Below are positions 27,626-38,617 of a DNA stretch of 64,000 nucleotides, piece after piece. The number at the start of each line of letters is the position of its first letter. The first letter of the stretch is position 1. The stretch lies in contig CAZULC010000011.1 of the NCBI GenBank assembly GCA_964621165.1, positions 438-64,437 on the forward strand. The letters run 5' to 3'. Source of the stretch: an uncultured Ruminococcus sp. (GTDB taxonomy: Bacteria > Bacillota > Clostridia > Oscillospirales > CAG-272). The position numbers and the translations under genes are program-made. The notes beneath the pieces are model-generated. The model saw only the letters and a program-made list of their open reading frames with translations, searched no databases and had not been told where the DNA came from.

Positions 27626-30286
27626 TCAGTCCGCCGCTGTATTTTTGCAGGATTTTTGGCCAACGCGCCTTATTATGAGCTTCACAGCCTCCACTACTGG
27701 GATTACGCATGCGCCTAAAAGAGCCGCCGCGCCGTATTCGCGAAGTCCTACAGTGGTAAAGCTGAACGCCGCCGCAAGGGGTGGAATTTCGCATACCGCA
27801 GTTGTGAGGGCGAAGCCGACGAGGGTGGACAGATTGAGAGCTGCGTTCATTCCCTTCACCTGAAACAGGCTCTTGTCTCGTGAGCGCAGGTTGAAGCTGT
27901 GGAAAATCTCAGCAAGCGACAGGGTCAGAAACGCCATCGTTACGCCGTGGGATGACTGTGTGAAGCCAAAGGAGCCGAACTCGAACATGTGGCCGAATCC
28001 GTAGCTCAGCAGCACCAAAACCGAGATGAGCAGTCCCTGATATGCGACGTCAAACCCCAGCCCGCCGGAGAAAATGCCGTCACGGGAGCTTCTGGGAGCG
28101 CGCTTCATTATGTCCGCTTCAGCTTTCTCCATTCCGAGAGCCAGCGCGGGGAAGGTGTCGGTGATAAGGTTTATCCATAACAAATGTACCGGTTCAAGTA
28201 CCGTGAAGCCGAGAAGGGTGGCGATGAATATGGTGATGACCTCGCTCATGTTGGAGCCGAGAAGAAACTGGATTGCCTTTCTGATGTTGTCGTAAATCCG
28301 CCGTCCTTCCTCAACTGCGGAGACGATTGTGGCAAAGTTGTCGTCGGCGAGAACCATGTCAGCTACGTTTTTCGTCACGTCCGTACCAGTGATTCCCATG
28401 CCGATTCCAATGTCAGCGGACTTGATTGAAGGCGCGTCGTTTACACCGTCTCCGGTCATTGCGGTGACATAACCGGCCCGTCTCCACTGGTTGACTATGC
28501 GAGTCTTGTGTTCCGGCTGGACCCGGGCGTAAACCGAGATGTTCTTGAATTCCCGCTCAAAGGTTCTGTCGTCCATTTTGGCAAGCTCCGCTCCGGTGAC
28601 GGCGTATTGACCTTCTTCGATTATGCCAAGCTCACGGGCGATTGCGGCGGCGGTGTTCTTGTGGTCACCTGTTATCATGATGGGACGGATCCCCGCGCTT
28701 CTGCACTCTTCTATTGCGTCCTTGACTTCGGGACGGATGGGGTCGATCATGCCCACAAGTCCGAGGAAGCACAGGCACGATTCGGCGGAGTCGGGGTTTG
28801 ATAAATCCGGTATGGAGTTGGACTTTTTCGCTCCGGCTGCAAGTACACGCAAAGCCTTGTCAGCCAGACGCTTGTTTTCAGCCACAATTGAAGAGCGAAA
28901 CTCATCCGTCATTGGCACGGCTTTTCCGTCAATCAGAACGGTCGTACAGCGGCTCAGAACCACGTCGGGCGCGCCGGTTGTGTGCTGGACATAACTTTTG
29001 CCATAACGGTGTACGGTTGTCATGAGCTTTCGCATTGAGTCAAAGGGAATTTCAGCCACTCGGGGATGGTCTTCTTCCAGCCTGTATTTCGGAAAGCCTA
29101 ACTTTGCCGCGTAGTCAACAACTGCCGTCTGGGTGGGGTCTCCGGTGGAAGCTGTCTGTCCTTCGATGAGTTTCGCGTCGGTGCAGAGGGCAAATGACTG
29201 GGCAAGTGCCGACTCGTCCGAGCCGTAATGCTCTACCACTGTCATTTTGTTTTGGGTGAGAGTTCCCGTTTTATCCGAGCAGATAATTTCGGTGCATCCG
29301 AGTGTTTCAACGGCGGTCAGGTGGCGGATTATGGCTTTTTTCTTCGACATAAGGGTCACGCCGATGGACAGCACCATCGTTACCACAGCCGCAAGTCCTT
29401 CCGGAATCGCCGCCACAGCCAATGATACCGCAACCATGAATGTGTCAACGATATTATCGGCGGAAAAACCGCTCTTTATTAACTGCACGCCGAAAATTAT
29501 CACGCATATGCCCAGCACCAGCCACGTCAGCACCTTCGAGAGCTGGTTCAGCTTGATTTGCAGGGGAGTTTCGCTGTCTTTGGCTTTGGTCAGGGCGTCG
29601 GCTATTTTTCCCATTTCCGTATCCATTGCCGTTGCGGTTACGACAATTGTACCACGTCCGTAGACCGCGGAGCTTCCCATGTAAGCCATGTTTTTCCGGT
29701 CGCCGAGGGGAATGTCGTCCTCGCCCTTTTTCAGCGACAGCGCATCCATGATTTTGTTCACCGGAACCGACTCGCCGGTCAGAGCGGATTCCTCAACCTT
29801 GAGACTTGCAGCTTCGATGATTCGCCCGTCCGCTGGGATTGAGTCGCCGGCTTCAACGAAAACTATGTCCCCGGGAACCACGTCCTCACTTTTGATAATC
29901 CTTGTCCCGCCGTCCCGCAGCACCTTTGAGGTTGAAGCTGACATCTCCTGCAGTGCGGCGATTGCGTTTTCGGCTTTGTTTTCCTGATACACCCCAAGGG
30001 TCGCGTTGATGAGGACAACTGCTAAAATGATGATTACGTCCGATGGTGACTCCCCTTCGACAAAGGCGAGAATTCCCGAAATCACGGCGGCGCAGATTAA
30101 GATGATGGTCATGGGTTCGGCAAGCTGTGCGAGAAAGCGGAGGACAAGCGGCTTCTTTTTGGCTTCCCTGAGCCGATTTTTGCCGTATTTTTCCAGCCTC
30201 TTCTCAGCTTCGGCCTGACTCAGTCCGCTTTTAGCTGACGACTGGGATGACAGGACTTCAATAGAGCCGGACAGGTATTCTTTCAT
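27626..30286 (-). CDS. P-type ATPase, Ca2+-transporting (type IIA-like)
   Basis: 886 aa with DKTGTLT phosphorylation motif, TGES, IPEGLAAVVT, TGDGVNDAPS, and a 10-TM layout. Confidence 0.92.
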   Translation of the reverse strand: MKEYLSGSIEVLSSQSSAKSGLSQAEAEKRLEKYGKNRLREAKKKPLVLRFLAQLAEPMTIILICAAVISGILAFVEGESPSDVIIILAVVLINATLGVYQENKAENAIAALQEMSASTSKVLRDGGTRIIKSEDVVPGDIVFVEAGDSIPADGRIIEAASLKVEESALTGESVPVNKIMDALSLKKGEDDIPLGDRKNMAYMGSSAVYGRGTIVVTATAMDTEMGKIADALTKAKDSETPLQIKLNQLSKVLTWLVLGICVIIFGVQLIKSGFSADNIVDTFMVAVSLAVAAIPEGLAAVVTMVLSIGVTLMSKKKAIIRHLTAVETLGCTEIICSDKTGTLTQNKMTVVEHYGSDESALAQSFALCTDAKLIEGQTASTGDPTQTAVVDYAAKLGFPKYRLEEDHPRVAEIPFDSMRKLMTTVHRYGKSYVQHTTGAPDVVLSRCTTVLIDGKAVPMTDEFRSSIVAENKRLADKALRVLAAGAKKSNSIPDLSNPDSAESCLCFLGLVGMIDPIRPEVKDAIEECRSAGIRPIMITGDHKNTAAAIARELGIIEEGQYAVTGAELAKMDDRTFEREFKNISVYARVQPEHKTRIVNQWRRAGYVTAMTGDGVNDAPSIKSADIGIGMGITGTDVTKNVADMVLADDNFATIVSAVEEGRRIYDNIRKAIQFLLGSNMSEVITIFIATLLGFTVLEPVHLLWINLITDTFPALALGMEKAEADIMKRAPRSSRDGIFSGGLGFDVAYQGLLISVLVLLSYGFGHMFEFGSFGFTQSSHGVTMAFLTLSLAEIFHSFNLRSRDKSLFQVKGMNAALNLSTLVGFALTTAVCEIPPLAAAFSFTTVGLREYGAAALLGACVIPVVEAVKLIIRRVGQKSCKNTAAD

Positions 30287-30355
30287 TAAAATTCTCCTTA
30301 AATAAAATTACCCGCGAATGACATTGTTAATACATTATCTGCCAAACACAGGTAT

Positions 30356-30384
30356 ATTATACATTTTAATTATTGAGAAGTCAA
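30356..30384 (-). promoter_or_regulatory. sigma70 promoter TTGACT-17-TATAAT for the P-type ATPase
   Basis: On the minus strand the site reads TTGACTtctcaataattaaaatgTATAAT. Confidence 0.6.
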
Positions 30385-30443
30385 CAACTCTTTTGTATTC
30401 TAATAATATTTAACCCTGCCTTAATCTTTTGGTGGAAATAGGA

Positions 30444-31631
30444 TTACATCTGTCGCTTTACGCGCGTTTTCATGTAAAACAGGGAGCAGATTATCAGCGC
30501 CACCGGGAAGACCTCGCCGAAAATCAGGGCGGACTTTAGGTTATCCCCGAGAAGCGACGACGCCGCACCGATGAGTGTAGGACCACCACTGCACCCCAAA
30601 TCCCCGCCGAGGGCCAAAATCGCAAACATCGCCACTCCGCCCTTGGAAAATTCCACTGAGGCAATGCTGAACACTCCCGTCCAGAGAATGCCCACGGATA
30701 GACCGCACAGCGCACATCCAATCAGGGACAGCACAGGGGACGGCGAGAGGGAAGCGGCGGCGTAGGACAGCATGCACAAAAACCCGCTGGCGATAATGAA
30801 CTTGAGAAGGTCGATTTTTTCAGCCATTTTCGAGTAGAACACCCGGGACGTACCCATGAGGATTGAGAACATGCATGGTCCGGCGAGGTCTCCTACGGCT
30901 TTTGACACGTGAAGTCCGCTCTCGGCAAATGCGGAAGCCCACTGACTCATCCCCTGCTCGCACGCCCCCGACGCTATCATCAGGATAAAGAACAGCCAGA
31001 ATGTGCCGCTCGAGAAAAGCTGACGGAGAGTCATGCCCTCGCCCTCTTCCGTGAGGGAATAAATCGGCACCCGGATGAACATGAGCATGTTGTACAGCGG
31101 AAGTAGTGACCACAGAACGGCGAGGATTCTCCATTTGTCGTGTCCTGCAACTTGCAGAAATAAGGTTGAGATGACAATCACCGCCACAGTTCCCCAGCAG
31201 TAGAAGGAGTGGAGCAGGCTCATGTGTGACGCTTTGTTGTCCGTGGGGCAGGCTTCTACAATAGGACTTATTAAAACCTCAATCAGCCCGCCGCCGACCG
31301 CGTAGAGGAAAACCGAAATCAAAAGTCCGGCGAATGGGTTCATGACAAAGGGCAGGACTGCCATAGATACAAGTCCGGCGGCACAGAAGGCGTGAGCGGC
31401 AACAATGCAGACCCGGGTTCCGATTATGTCCACGAACTTAGCCGAAAGAAAGTCCACAGCCAGCTGTATGAGGAAGTTCAGGGTGATAAGAAGCGTGATT
31501 TTCGAAAGCGGAATGCCGAAGCTGTCCCGGAAAATTATGAACAGCAGTGGAGCCAAATTGTTGACGATTGCCTGAGTGATGTAGCCGAGGTAGCAGGTAG
31601 TTATGGTGTTCTTGTATGTGAGCTTTTTCAT
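30444..31631 (-). CDS. MFS transporter
   Basis: About 395 aa and about 12 TM segments. The start is set at MKKLTYKN, which has a GAAAGG RBS. The ORF extends 5 codons further upstream. Confidence 0.8.
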   Translation of the reverse strand: MKKLTYKNTITTCYLGYITQAIVNNLAPLLFIIFRDSFGIPLSKITLLITLNFLIQLAVDFLSAKFVDIIGTRVCIVAAHAFCAAGLVSMAVLPFVMNPFAGLLISVFLYAVGGGLIEVLISPIVEACPTDNKASHMSLLHSFYCWGTVAVIVISTLFLQVAGHDKWRILAVLWSLLPLYNMLMFIRVPIYSLTEEGEGMTLRQLFSSGTFWLFFILMIASGACEQGMSQWASAFAESGLHVSKAVGDLAGPCMFSILMGTSRVFYSKMAEKIDLLKFIIASGFLCMLSYAAASLSPSPVLSLIGCALCGLSVGILWTGVFSIASVEFSKGGVAMFAILALGGDLGCSGGPTLIGAASSLLGDNLKSALIFGEVFPVALIICSLFYMKTRVKRQM

Positions 31632-31801
31632 TTGAAGACCTTTCATGTGGGTATATATAACAGTGTATGCAGGAATTTAAGTTGATGTGAGGCCGGTTAT
31701 TTGCAGCGGGAGTCGTCATCAAGTTCGGTTTTGTCGAGGTGCTTTTCCATGAATTCCCCTTGATTTCAGCAGCGCTGAAAATTCTATCCTTTAATATTAT
31801 G

Positions 31802-32515
31802 TCAGATGATCCTTCCTGCGTAGTAGAATCTGCCGGGAACGGAGTTTGCGTATTCTTCCACAGGACCGCAGTAGAGCTGGGCGTCGGACAGGTGCAGGAT
31901 TGTGCCGTCGAGGGCTTCCGAGTCGATTATCACCACGGCTGTTTTTCGCTCCCGGTTCAGGGCGTGAATCAGGCCGAACACCTCGTCCTTTGCGGCGGCG
32001 TCAAGTCCCTTCATCGGCTCGTCCAGTATCAGGAGCCGTTTTTGTCCGCACATTGCACGGGCAAGCAGCACACGTTGTTTCTGACCGCCGGACAGCTCGG
32101 AAAACCGCTTTTTCGCAAAGCTTTCGACTCCAAGCAGCTCCATGGCTTCCCGTGCGGCTTCCTTCTCACGCTTTGAGATGAAGAAACCGTGCATTCCTAC
32201 GATACAGCCGGACATAACCAGATCCCGCACGGTACTTGAGAGGCTGATTTCTTCGTCCTGTGGAACAAAGCCTATTTCAGCACGGGTCAGTCCGTCGGGA
32301 TACACAACCTCGCCTGTCACGGGCTTCACGTCTCCGAGCAGGGTTTTCGCGAACAGCGTCTTTCCGACTCCGCTGTGACCTACAACGCATATGTATTCCC
32401 CCTCGTGGACGGTCAGGTTTATGTCTGAGCAGAGCCGGATTTCGCCGGGACCAATCGTAACGTTTTTGCAGGATAAAATCGCTTTTCCTTCATTATCGTT
32501 AAAAGGGTGTGACAT
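31802..32515 (-). CDS. orphan ABC-type ATPase with atypical Walker A
   Basis: The start at MSHPFNDNEG has a GAGGAGG RBS. Walker A GHSGVGKT, signature LSGGQKQR, Walker B LLILDEP. No permease or SBP gene is adjacent. Confidence 0.8.
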   Translation of the reverse strand: MSHPFNDNEGKAILSCKNVTIGPGEIRLCSDINLTVHEGEYICVVGHSGVGKTLFAKTLLGDVKPVTGEVVYPDGLTRAEIGFVPQDEEISLSSTVRDLVMSGCIVGMHGFFISKREKEAAREAMELLGVESFAKKRFSELSGGQKQRVLLARAMCGQKRLLILDEPMKGLDAAAKDEVFGLIHALNRERKTAVVIIDSEALDGTILHLSDAQLYCGPVEEYANSVPGRFYYAGRII

Positions 32516-32685
32516 TCGTAGAAACCTCCTCTTCGGCTTTTCGGCCGCTTTTGATTCAATTAAATTATAGCACAAAAGTGGAAATTTGTACATAATTCCG
32601 CGAAAAAAGACAAAATATTATTATTTGTCAGAATGTTGCATAAGTTGTTCTCATTCGGCGGAAATATAGTTATTTAAATATCGAA

Positions 32686-32714
32686 TTGACAAAACAGTTT
32701 TATTGTGCTATGCT
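32686..32714 (+). promoter_or_regulatory. sigma70 promoter TTGACA-17-TATGCT
   Basis: TTGACA at 32686-32691 and TATGCT at 32709-32714, upstream of the yitT-family gene. Confidence 0.55.
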
Positions 32715-32773
32715 TTATTGGCTCCTGAAAAAGCTGAGTTTATAAAAAACAAAATTTTTTACGGTGAATCAAA

Positions 32774-33631
32774 ATGAATAAAAAGAAGATTCTCTCTGCA
32801 ATTTCCGAATACGCGGTTCTGACAGCCGCCACGTTCCTTATGGCCTTCGGAATTTATGTGTTCCGTTTCCCCAACAACTTCTCCTTCGGCGGAGTCACGG
32901 GTATAGCCGTTGTGGTGGCAAAGTTCGCGCCTGTTTCCGCATCAACCATGACGTTTATTTTGAATATATCCCTGCTGATTGTAGGGGTTATCGTCCTCGG
33001 AAAAGATTTCGGGCTGAAAACGGCTTACGTCACGGTTCTGCTGTCGGTGTTTCTCTCGCTGGCCGAGGTGATTTACCCCATGTCAGCCCCACTGACCGAC
33101 GACCCGCTTATGGAATGCTTCTTCGCTGTGCTTCTCCCGTCCCTTGCTTCGGCGATTTTCTTCAACATGGGAGCGTCAAGCGGCGGTACTGACGTTATCG
33201 CTATGATTCTGAAAAAGTACACATCTGTCAACATTGGAACTGGACTGCTTCTCGCTGACTTCATGGTGTCGGTTACGGCGTTCACGTTCGGTGTGAAGAC
33301 GGGCCTGTTCTCTCTAATCGGCTGGCTTATGAAGAGCCTTGTAATAGACAGCGTAATCGAGTCCTTCAACCAGCACAAGGTGTTCACAATCATCAGCCAC
33401 GACCCGGAGCCAATCAGCGAGTTCATCACCCACACCCTGAAACGAAGCGCCACAATTCAGGAGGGAATCGGAGCCTACACCCACGACAAACGTTACATAA
33501 TCATCTCAATAATGTCCCGCGGACAGGCGGTTCAGCTCCGCAACTTCATCAAAAAGAACCAGCCCGACGCGTTTCTGTCAATCAGCAACTCCAGCGAAAT
33601 CATAGGCCGCGGCTTCCGCAGTCACGTGTAA
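32774..33631 (+). CDS. YitT-family membrane protein (DUF2179 C-terminal domain)
   Basis: 285 aa. The N-terminal polytopic region carries GGTDV, and the C-terminal soluble domain is typical of YitT. A paralog lies at 62717. Confidence 0.85.
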   Translation: MNKKKILSAISEYAVLTAATFLMAFGIYVFRFPNNFSFGGVTGIAVVVAKFAPVSASTMTFILNISLLIVGVIVLGKDFGLKTAYVTVLLSVFLSLAEVIYPMSAPLTDDPLMECFFAVLLPSLASAIFFNMGASSGGTDVIAMILKKYTSVNIGTGLLLADFMVSVTAFTFGVKTGLFSLIGWLMKSLVIDSVIESFNQHKVFTIISHDPEPISEFITHTLKRSATIQEGIGAYTHDKRYIIISIMSRGQAVQLRNFIKKNQPDAFLSISNSSEIIGRGFRSHV

Positions 33632-33705
33632 GGGTGGAGTGGATTTTATAAAAATGCATAAAAATCCTTGACAACACTTAATGCCATGGCAAAGTAACCT
33701 AAACA

Positions 33706-33753
33706 GCAAAAAGCCGCCGGAATCCTTCTTGGAAACTGACGGCTTATTTTTTA
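33706..33753. terminator. bidirectional rho-independent terminator
   Basis: AAGCCG(33711-16)...CGGCTT(33740-45) is flanked by an A-run and a T-run, between convergent genes. Confidence 0.65.
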
Positions 33754-33773
33754 TTCATCCGGTTTGGATATGC

Positions 33774-34598
33774 CTATATCATTACCCCCGCTTTGTTTCG
33801 CTCTACCGTGTATGTGACCCCTCCGCATCCGCACAGGTAAATCACGTCGTCTTCAACCGACTTCAGCGACCAGTACCAGCCACCGTCTTTCGGGAAAGCA
33901 CAGCTTCCTTCAACAAAGCACCGCTCATCCGGGATGTAATCCTTCAGCGTGTCCAGATTGTTCCCGATCATTCTGCATTCATGGGGTCTGATGCATGTGG
34001 TGGAGTGCATAGCCCAGCCTTTTTCGCAGTATCCGTTCTGTCCCACCCGGCAGTAGATTGTCTTGTTTTTATCGTTGTCGTAAACCGAGAACAGGATGGA
34101 GTACTTTTTCGTGTCGATTCCAACCACAAGCATACCCGGGTCAGAATAGTAGTACTTGCAGATGTTCCACACAGCCATTTTTTCGGATAATGACTCAGGC
34201 TCGCCGTACTTTGATTTGTCGAAGTAGTCCTCTCCCGTCTCCTCAGCCAGTTCCAGTGAGAACACCGTGCCGTCGTACATTGTGTAGGTCATGCTTCCGC
34301 TGTCGTCTACACTGAAGCTGTCACCGTTGTGGGATTTTATTTCATCAGCTATGCCGTCGTCATTGCACCGCACAGTACCGCTGTATATGTCCTTGCAGCA
34401 GTACAGGGATTCTTCACTGGTGTGATTGGAGTACTGCACAGCCTCACCTTTTCCGGAAACCTTGCCGACCACGCCGTCACTTTTGTAATTCAGCAGACTG
34501 ACAATCCGTCCGTCAACCAGACGCAGGAACGCTATGTAAAACTCGTCCGCCACCGCCACCGTCGCGTCTTTGCCGCAGAAAATTCCGTTCATAATCAT
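33774..34598 (-). CDS. hypothetical Cys-rich cytoplasmic protein
   Basis: 274-aa ORF with a GGGAGAG RBS. No signal peptide or TM segment. 19 Cys by my count. I recognise no motif. Confidence 0.55.
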   Translation of the reverse strand: MIMNGIFCGKDATVAVADEFYIAFLRLVDGRIVSLLNYKSDGVVGKVSGKGEAVQYSNHTSEESLYCCKDIYSGTVRCNDDGIADEIKSHNGDSFSVDDSGSMTYTMYDGTVFSLELAEETGEDYFDKSKYGEPESLSEKMAVWNICKYYYSDPGMLVVGIDTKKYSILFSVYDNDKNKTIYCRVGQNGYCEKGWAMHSTTCIRPHECRMIGNNLDTLKDYIPDERCFVEGSCAFPKDGGWYWSLKSVEDDVIYLCGCGGVTYTVERNKAGVMI

Positions 34599-34699
34599 CT
34601 CTCCCTTGGATTTTGATTTACATTTCCATTATACCATAATATCATCGATATTTCAACTGTTTTTAGTGCAATTCACTGTCAGGAAGCCTCGCTTTTTTC

Positions 34700-36576
34700 T
34701 TAATTTTCGTAATACTGCGCCTGAGCGTTCCACAATGACTGATACTTGCCGCCGCTTTCCACAAGCTCGTCGTGTGAACCCGCCTCAACTACCGCGCCGT
34801 GGTCGAACATCGCTATTTTGTCGCAGAAACGACAGGACGACATCCTGTGGGAGATGTAAATCGCGGTCTTGTCACCGACAATATCGTTGAACTTGGAGTA
34901 AATTTCGCTCTCCGTTATGGGGTCGAGGGCCGCTGTTGGCTCGTCAAGCATGATGAAAGCGCAGTCGCGGTAGAGGGAGCGGGCTATGGCTATCTTCTGT
35001 GCCTCACTGCAGGAGATGTTCACGCCCTTGCTTGTGCTGTCCTTGTAGAGCTGTGTGTCAAGTCCATCGGGCATGTCGGCGAGTTTTACCCCGAATCCGG
35101 CCTCAAGCAGGCATTTTTCCGCCTTTTCCCGTTCGTAGTGGGAGGAAGCCGCCACGTTTTTCCCGAGGGGAAGAGCGAGAAGGGAGTAATCTTGGAACAC
35201 CACCGAGAAAATGTCCATGTAGTCTTTGTAGTTGTACTTTTTGATGTCGATGCCGTTGAGCAGGATTTCGCCTTCCGTAGGGTCGTAGAGCCGGCAGAGC
35301 AGCTTGATGAAGGTGGTTTTACCCGAGCCGTTCTCGCCCACAATCGCAAGCTTGGAGCCTATGGTGAACTTGAAGTTGAGGTGCTGCAGGGCGTAGGTTT
35401 TGGCGGCGGTGTACTTGAAGCTCACGTCCCGGAATTCGATTTCGTACTTCTTGTCCCGTCTCTTTTCCGTGGTGAGAGTCCCTTGGTACATCTTATTCGG
35501 CAGGTCGAGGTAGTCGAAAGCACGCTTCAGGTGTGGTGCGTTGTTGCGGATGTCGCCGAGAAGGAACACAAGACTGCCCACACCGCCCGAGAATGAGCTG
35601 ACCGTGCTGATGTACTGGGTGATGGAACCCACGCCAAACGCACCAGCCCACACCTTCATCGCCACAAAGACGTAGAGTATAATTGTGAACAGAGCGCCGT
35701 TTATGCTTGTCGAGGTTGAGATGAGTCCGGCCTTTTTGAGAGCCAGGCCCAAGCTGCTGGCCATTCATTCATTCGCGAAGTTGTCGGTGATTACCGCTGT
35801 TTTTTTTATCCTGTCTGAACATGCGGATGTCAAGGGTACGTGAGTTTTGAGATATGCGCCAACTGTAGAAGGAAAACTTGCGGTTTACAAAAGTCGTATC
35901 GCTTCCGCAGCTTGCCCACACCTCTTGAGCTTTGCTGTACAGCACCGGAGTGAGAAGGTAGATCAGCATCAATACAACCATTGCCGTGATGATTACAAAG
36001 GGGTTGTCGAGAAATTTATACGCGGGGTTCATTGTCCTTGAAGTGAACAGGGTAATCGTCATGACTGCCGCGCCTAAAATGCTGAATATCAGCTCAATAA
36101 AACGTTTGTAGTACGACTGCGTGCGACTCAGACCCCAGCCCATCCACATCCGGTAGTTTTGTATTTCCTGCAGGGTTTGGATTTTCTCCGTATCTTCGCA
36201 GTCGGCGTAGTCCATGCTGATGTACTTCTGGGTGTAGAACCGTTCTTCCGCCTGATACATTCCGACGCATTTCACAGCGGATGTTTTGCCAATCACCACT
36301 CAAATAAGTCTGAGAACCGCTTCGGCTGCAAGGGAAATTATAACGAGCCGGATCAGCTCCTCACAACGGCGCGGGCCTGCGAGTTCGTTGATGAGAAGGG
36401 CAGAGAGATATACTCCCATGTAAGGGTGAAGCGCGGTATATTGCGTTGATTTTCTCGAGTATGTACACCTCGGGGTAAGTCTTCATCCATAATTTAAGCG
36501 CGCGGATCTGCAGGGAAAAGGCTTCCTTGATTCCTATGGCATTATCGTCTTTTTTCTTTTTCATTATTATGACCAT
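34700..36576 (-). pseudogene. ABC exporter, fused TMD-NBD half-transporter A, disrupted
   Basis: Three ORF fragments (36361..36576, 35769..36299, 34700..35764) are collinear with one type-I exporter. Lesions: a frameshift near 36430; an in-frame TGA at 36300-36302 (…VLRLI*VVIGK…); and, at the 35764-35800 junction, an A8 run plus (GAAT)3 and another TGA. The signature motif has degenerated to ISCSEAQK. Walker A GENGSGKTT is retained. Confidence 0.85.
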
Positions 36577-36587
36577 TATATTAAAAA

Positions 36588-38386
36588 TCAGTTTTCTTCT
36601 ATAGGATTACTGTTGTAGTATTTTGCCTGAGTGTTGAACAGCTCCGTGTAAATTCCGTTTTTCGCCAGCAGTGAAGCGTGGGTCCCTTCCTCCGCTATTT
36701 TTCCACCGGAGAGCAGGATTATCCTGTCGCAGAACCGGGTGGAGGCAAGGCGGTGGGAAATGAACACGGACGTCTTGTTCTTGCAGAGGGAGTTGTACCT
36801 CTCGTACATGTCAGCCTCAGCCAGCGGGTCAAGGGCGGAGGTGGGCTCGTCAAGCACCATTATAGGCGAGCCTTTGTACAGTGCGTGGGAGAGCATTAGC
36901 CTCTGCTGTTCGCCGCCTGAGAGAAGTATGCCGTCGTTGTACAGTTCCTTCGCGCAGTGGGTGTTCAGCCCGTCCGGAAGGGAGTTGATTTTCTCCTCCA
37001 GTCCTGCAAGCTGTATGCATTCGTTCATTTTGTCCCAGTCGGGGTTGGGGTCGTCCTGATAGATGTTTTCCGCAAGGTCCGTGGGCAGAATGGAACTTGT
37101 CTGGAACACCGCCGTGAATTTTTTGTAATACTCGAGCCGGTTGAACTTCTTGATGTTCACACCGTTGAGCAGAACCTCGCCATACGTGGGGTCGTAGAAG
37201 CCGCATATCAGCTTTATAAGGGTGGTTTTGCCCATGCGTTCATTTCTCCCTCCTACCAAAGCTAACTTTTTCCCGGTGTGGATTGTCAGGTTGATGCCAG
37301 AGATGGTGTCGTGGTCGGCCTTGGAGTAGCGGTAGGAGATGTTTTTCAGCTCAATACTGTACTCCCCGTCGGGTAAATCCGGTATTGGCAGGGGATTTGG
37401 ATCCTGTACGATTCCGCTGGGGTACTCGAGGAACTCACGCACGTCGCTCATGTCCATTGCCTGGGACCGCAGACGAGAAAATACGCCCAAGATACCGCTG
37501 ACCCATCCCGCAAATCCTCCCACGGCTGAGAAGCAGAGCACAAATTCCGACGCGCTTATTCCTCCGCTGAGAGCCGAGCTGATGAGGAAGATGTACGCCA
37601 CGCCGTTCTCGAGAAAGTGAGCGCCACGTCGATAAAGTCCCGCCAGAAGAATATCATTTCCCGCTTTTTTGTAAAATCCCGCAGGAGATTCATGTTTTTG
37701 TCGTAAAGCTCGTAAAGCCACGGTTTTATGTTGAACAGCCGTATGTCCTTGGCAAACTTGAAGTCCTGACCAGTGCTGTTGTGGTAGTCGATTTTGTTGT
37801 TATATTCATTTTGTTCGTCGCGGTGGCGGTAGTTCCAGTCGTTGAACTTGTTTCCCGCGATAAAATTCAACACGCAGGTTACAACGACTATGACGGCCAA
37901 TATAGGATTGACGTTTGCGATAAGCGCAAGGCAGATGAGGAAGCCTAAAATATTCTTTATAATTTCGCCGTAGGTTCGATAGATGTCCTCAGCCGCTGAA
38001 TTGTTGTTGTCCATAGCGTGGCTTGAACGTCGGAACAGGTCAATGTAGTCGTCGTTTTCCGTGTTCGACACCGAGGTTGTCATATAACTTTCCATGTGCT
38101 TGGCTAAATAACGGGAACGAACGTCAACAAAGCGGAACATTGACGACCAGTTTAAGTAGTTCAGCAACGCACCGCATAAAGCTGTGCTCAAGGCGAATGC
38201 GGTTATGGTGAGAATCAGCGTGGACATGGGCTTTTCCTGCTCGATACAGGACAGCACCGACAGGGAGAGGTACAGTCCCGCCAGATTCTGCACCAGCTGA
38301 GCTGCCACTGTGACAAGTACAATGAAAATCACAGCCTTCTGCTTGTTCCACGCGATTTTCAGGGTCCACGGGATAATTTTCATCAT
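36588..38386 (-). pseudogene. ABC exporter, fused TMD-NBD half-transporter B, disrupted
   Basis: ORFs 37556..38386 and 36588..37721 overlap out of frame. A frameshift near 37615-37625 joins ...DFIDVALT to FLENGVAYIF.... The Walker A region is abnormal (VGGRNERMGKTT: a 2-aa insertion and loss of the first Gly). The LSGGEQQR signature is intact. Confidence 0.8.
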
Positions 38387-38617
38387 ACCGTATTTCGCTT
38401 TTCTCTTTTTCCTTTGACATTATATTTTACCTCCACTGCAAGTTAGCTCTGAATAAATTACCTTAGCTCAAAGCGTTCTTTGTTTTGTGTTTTTATAATA
38501 TCACAAAAAATCCCCGGCGGCACATTTCGGGGACGAAACGTTCTCTGCTGGGGACGATTTGCATTTTTTCTCTTTGATTTACGTTATTCTACCGCTGTAA
38601 ACTACATTGATCCGGAT

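Noticed and set aside
38124-38420. An alternative upstream start (MSKEKEKSEIRYDE...) for ABC exporter B, implying an additional 5' frameshift.
   Set aside because: The in-frame ATGATG at 38381-38386 gives a plausible start (MMKIIPWTLKIAWNK...). The upstream ORF is in another frame and has no homology signal. It cannot be decided from sequence alone.
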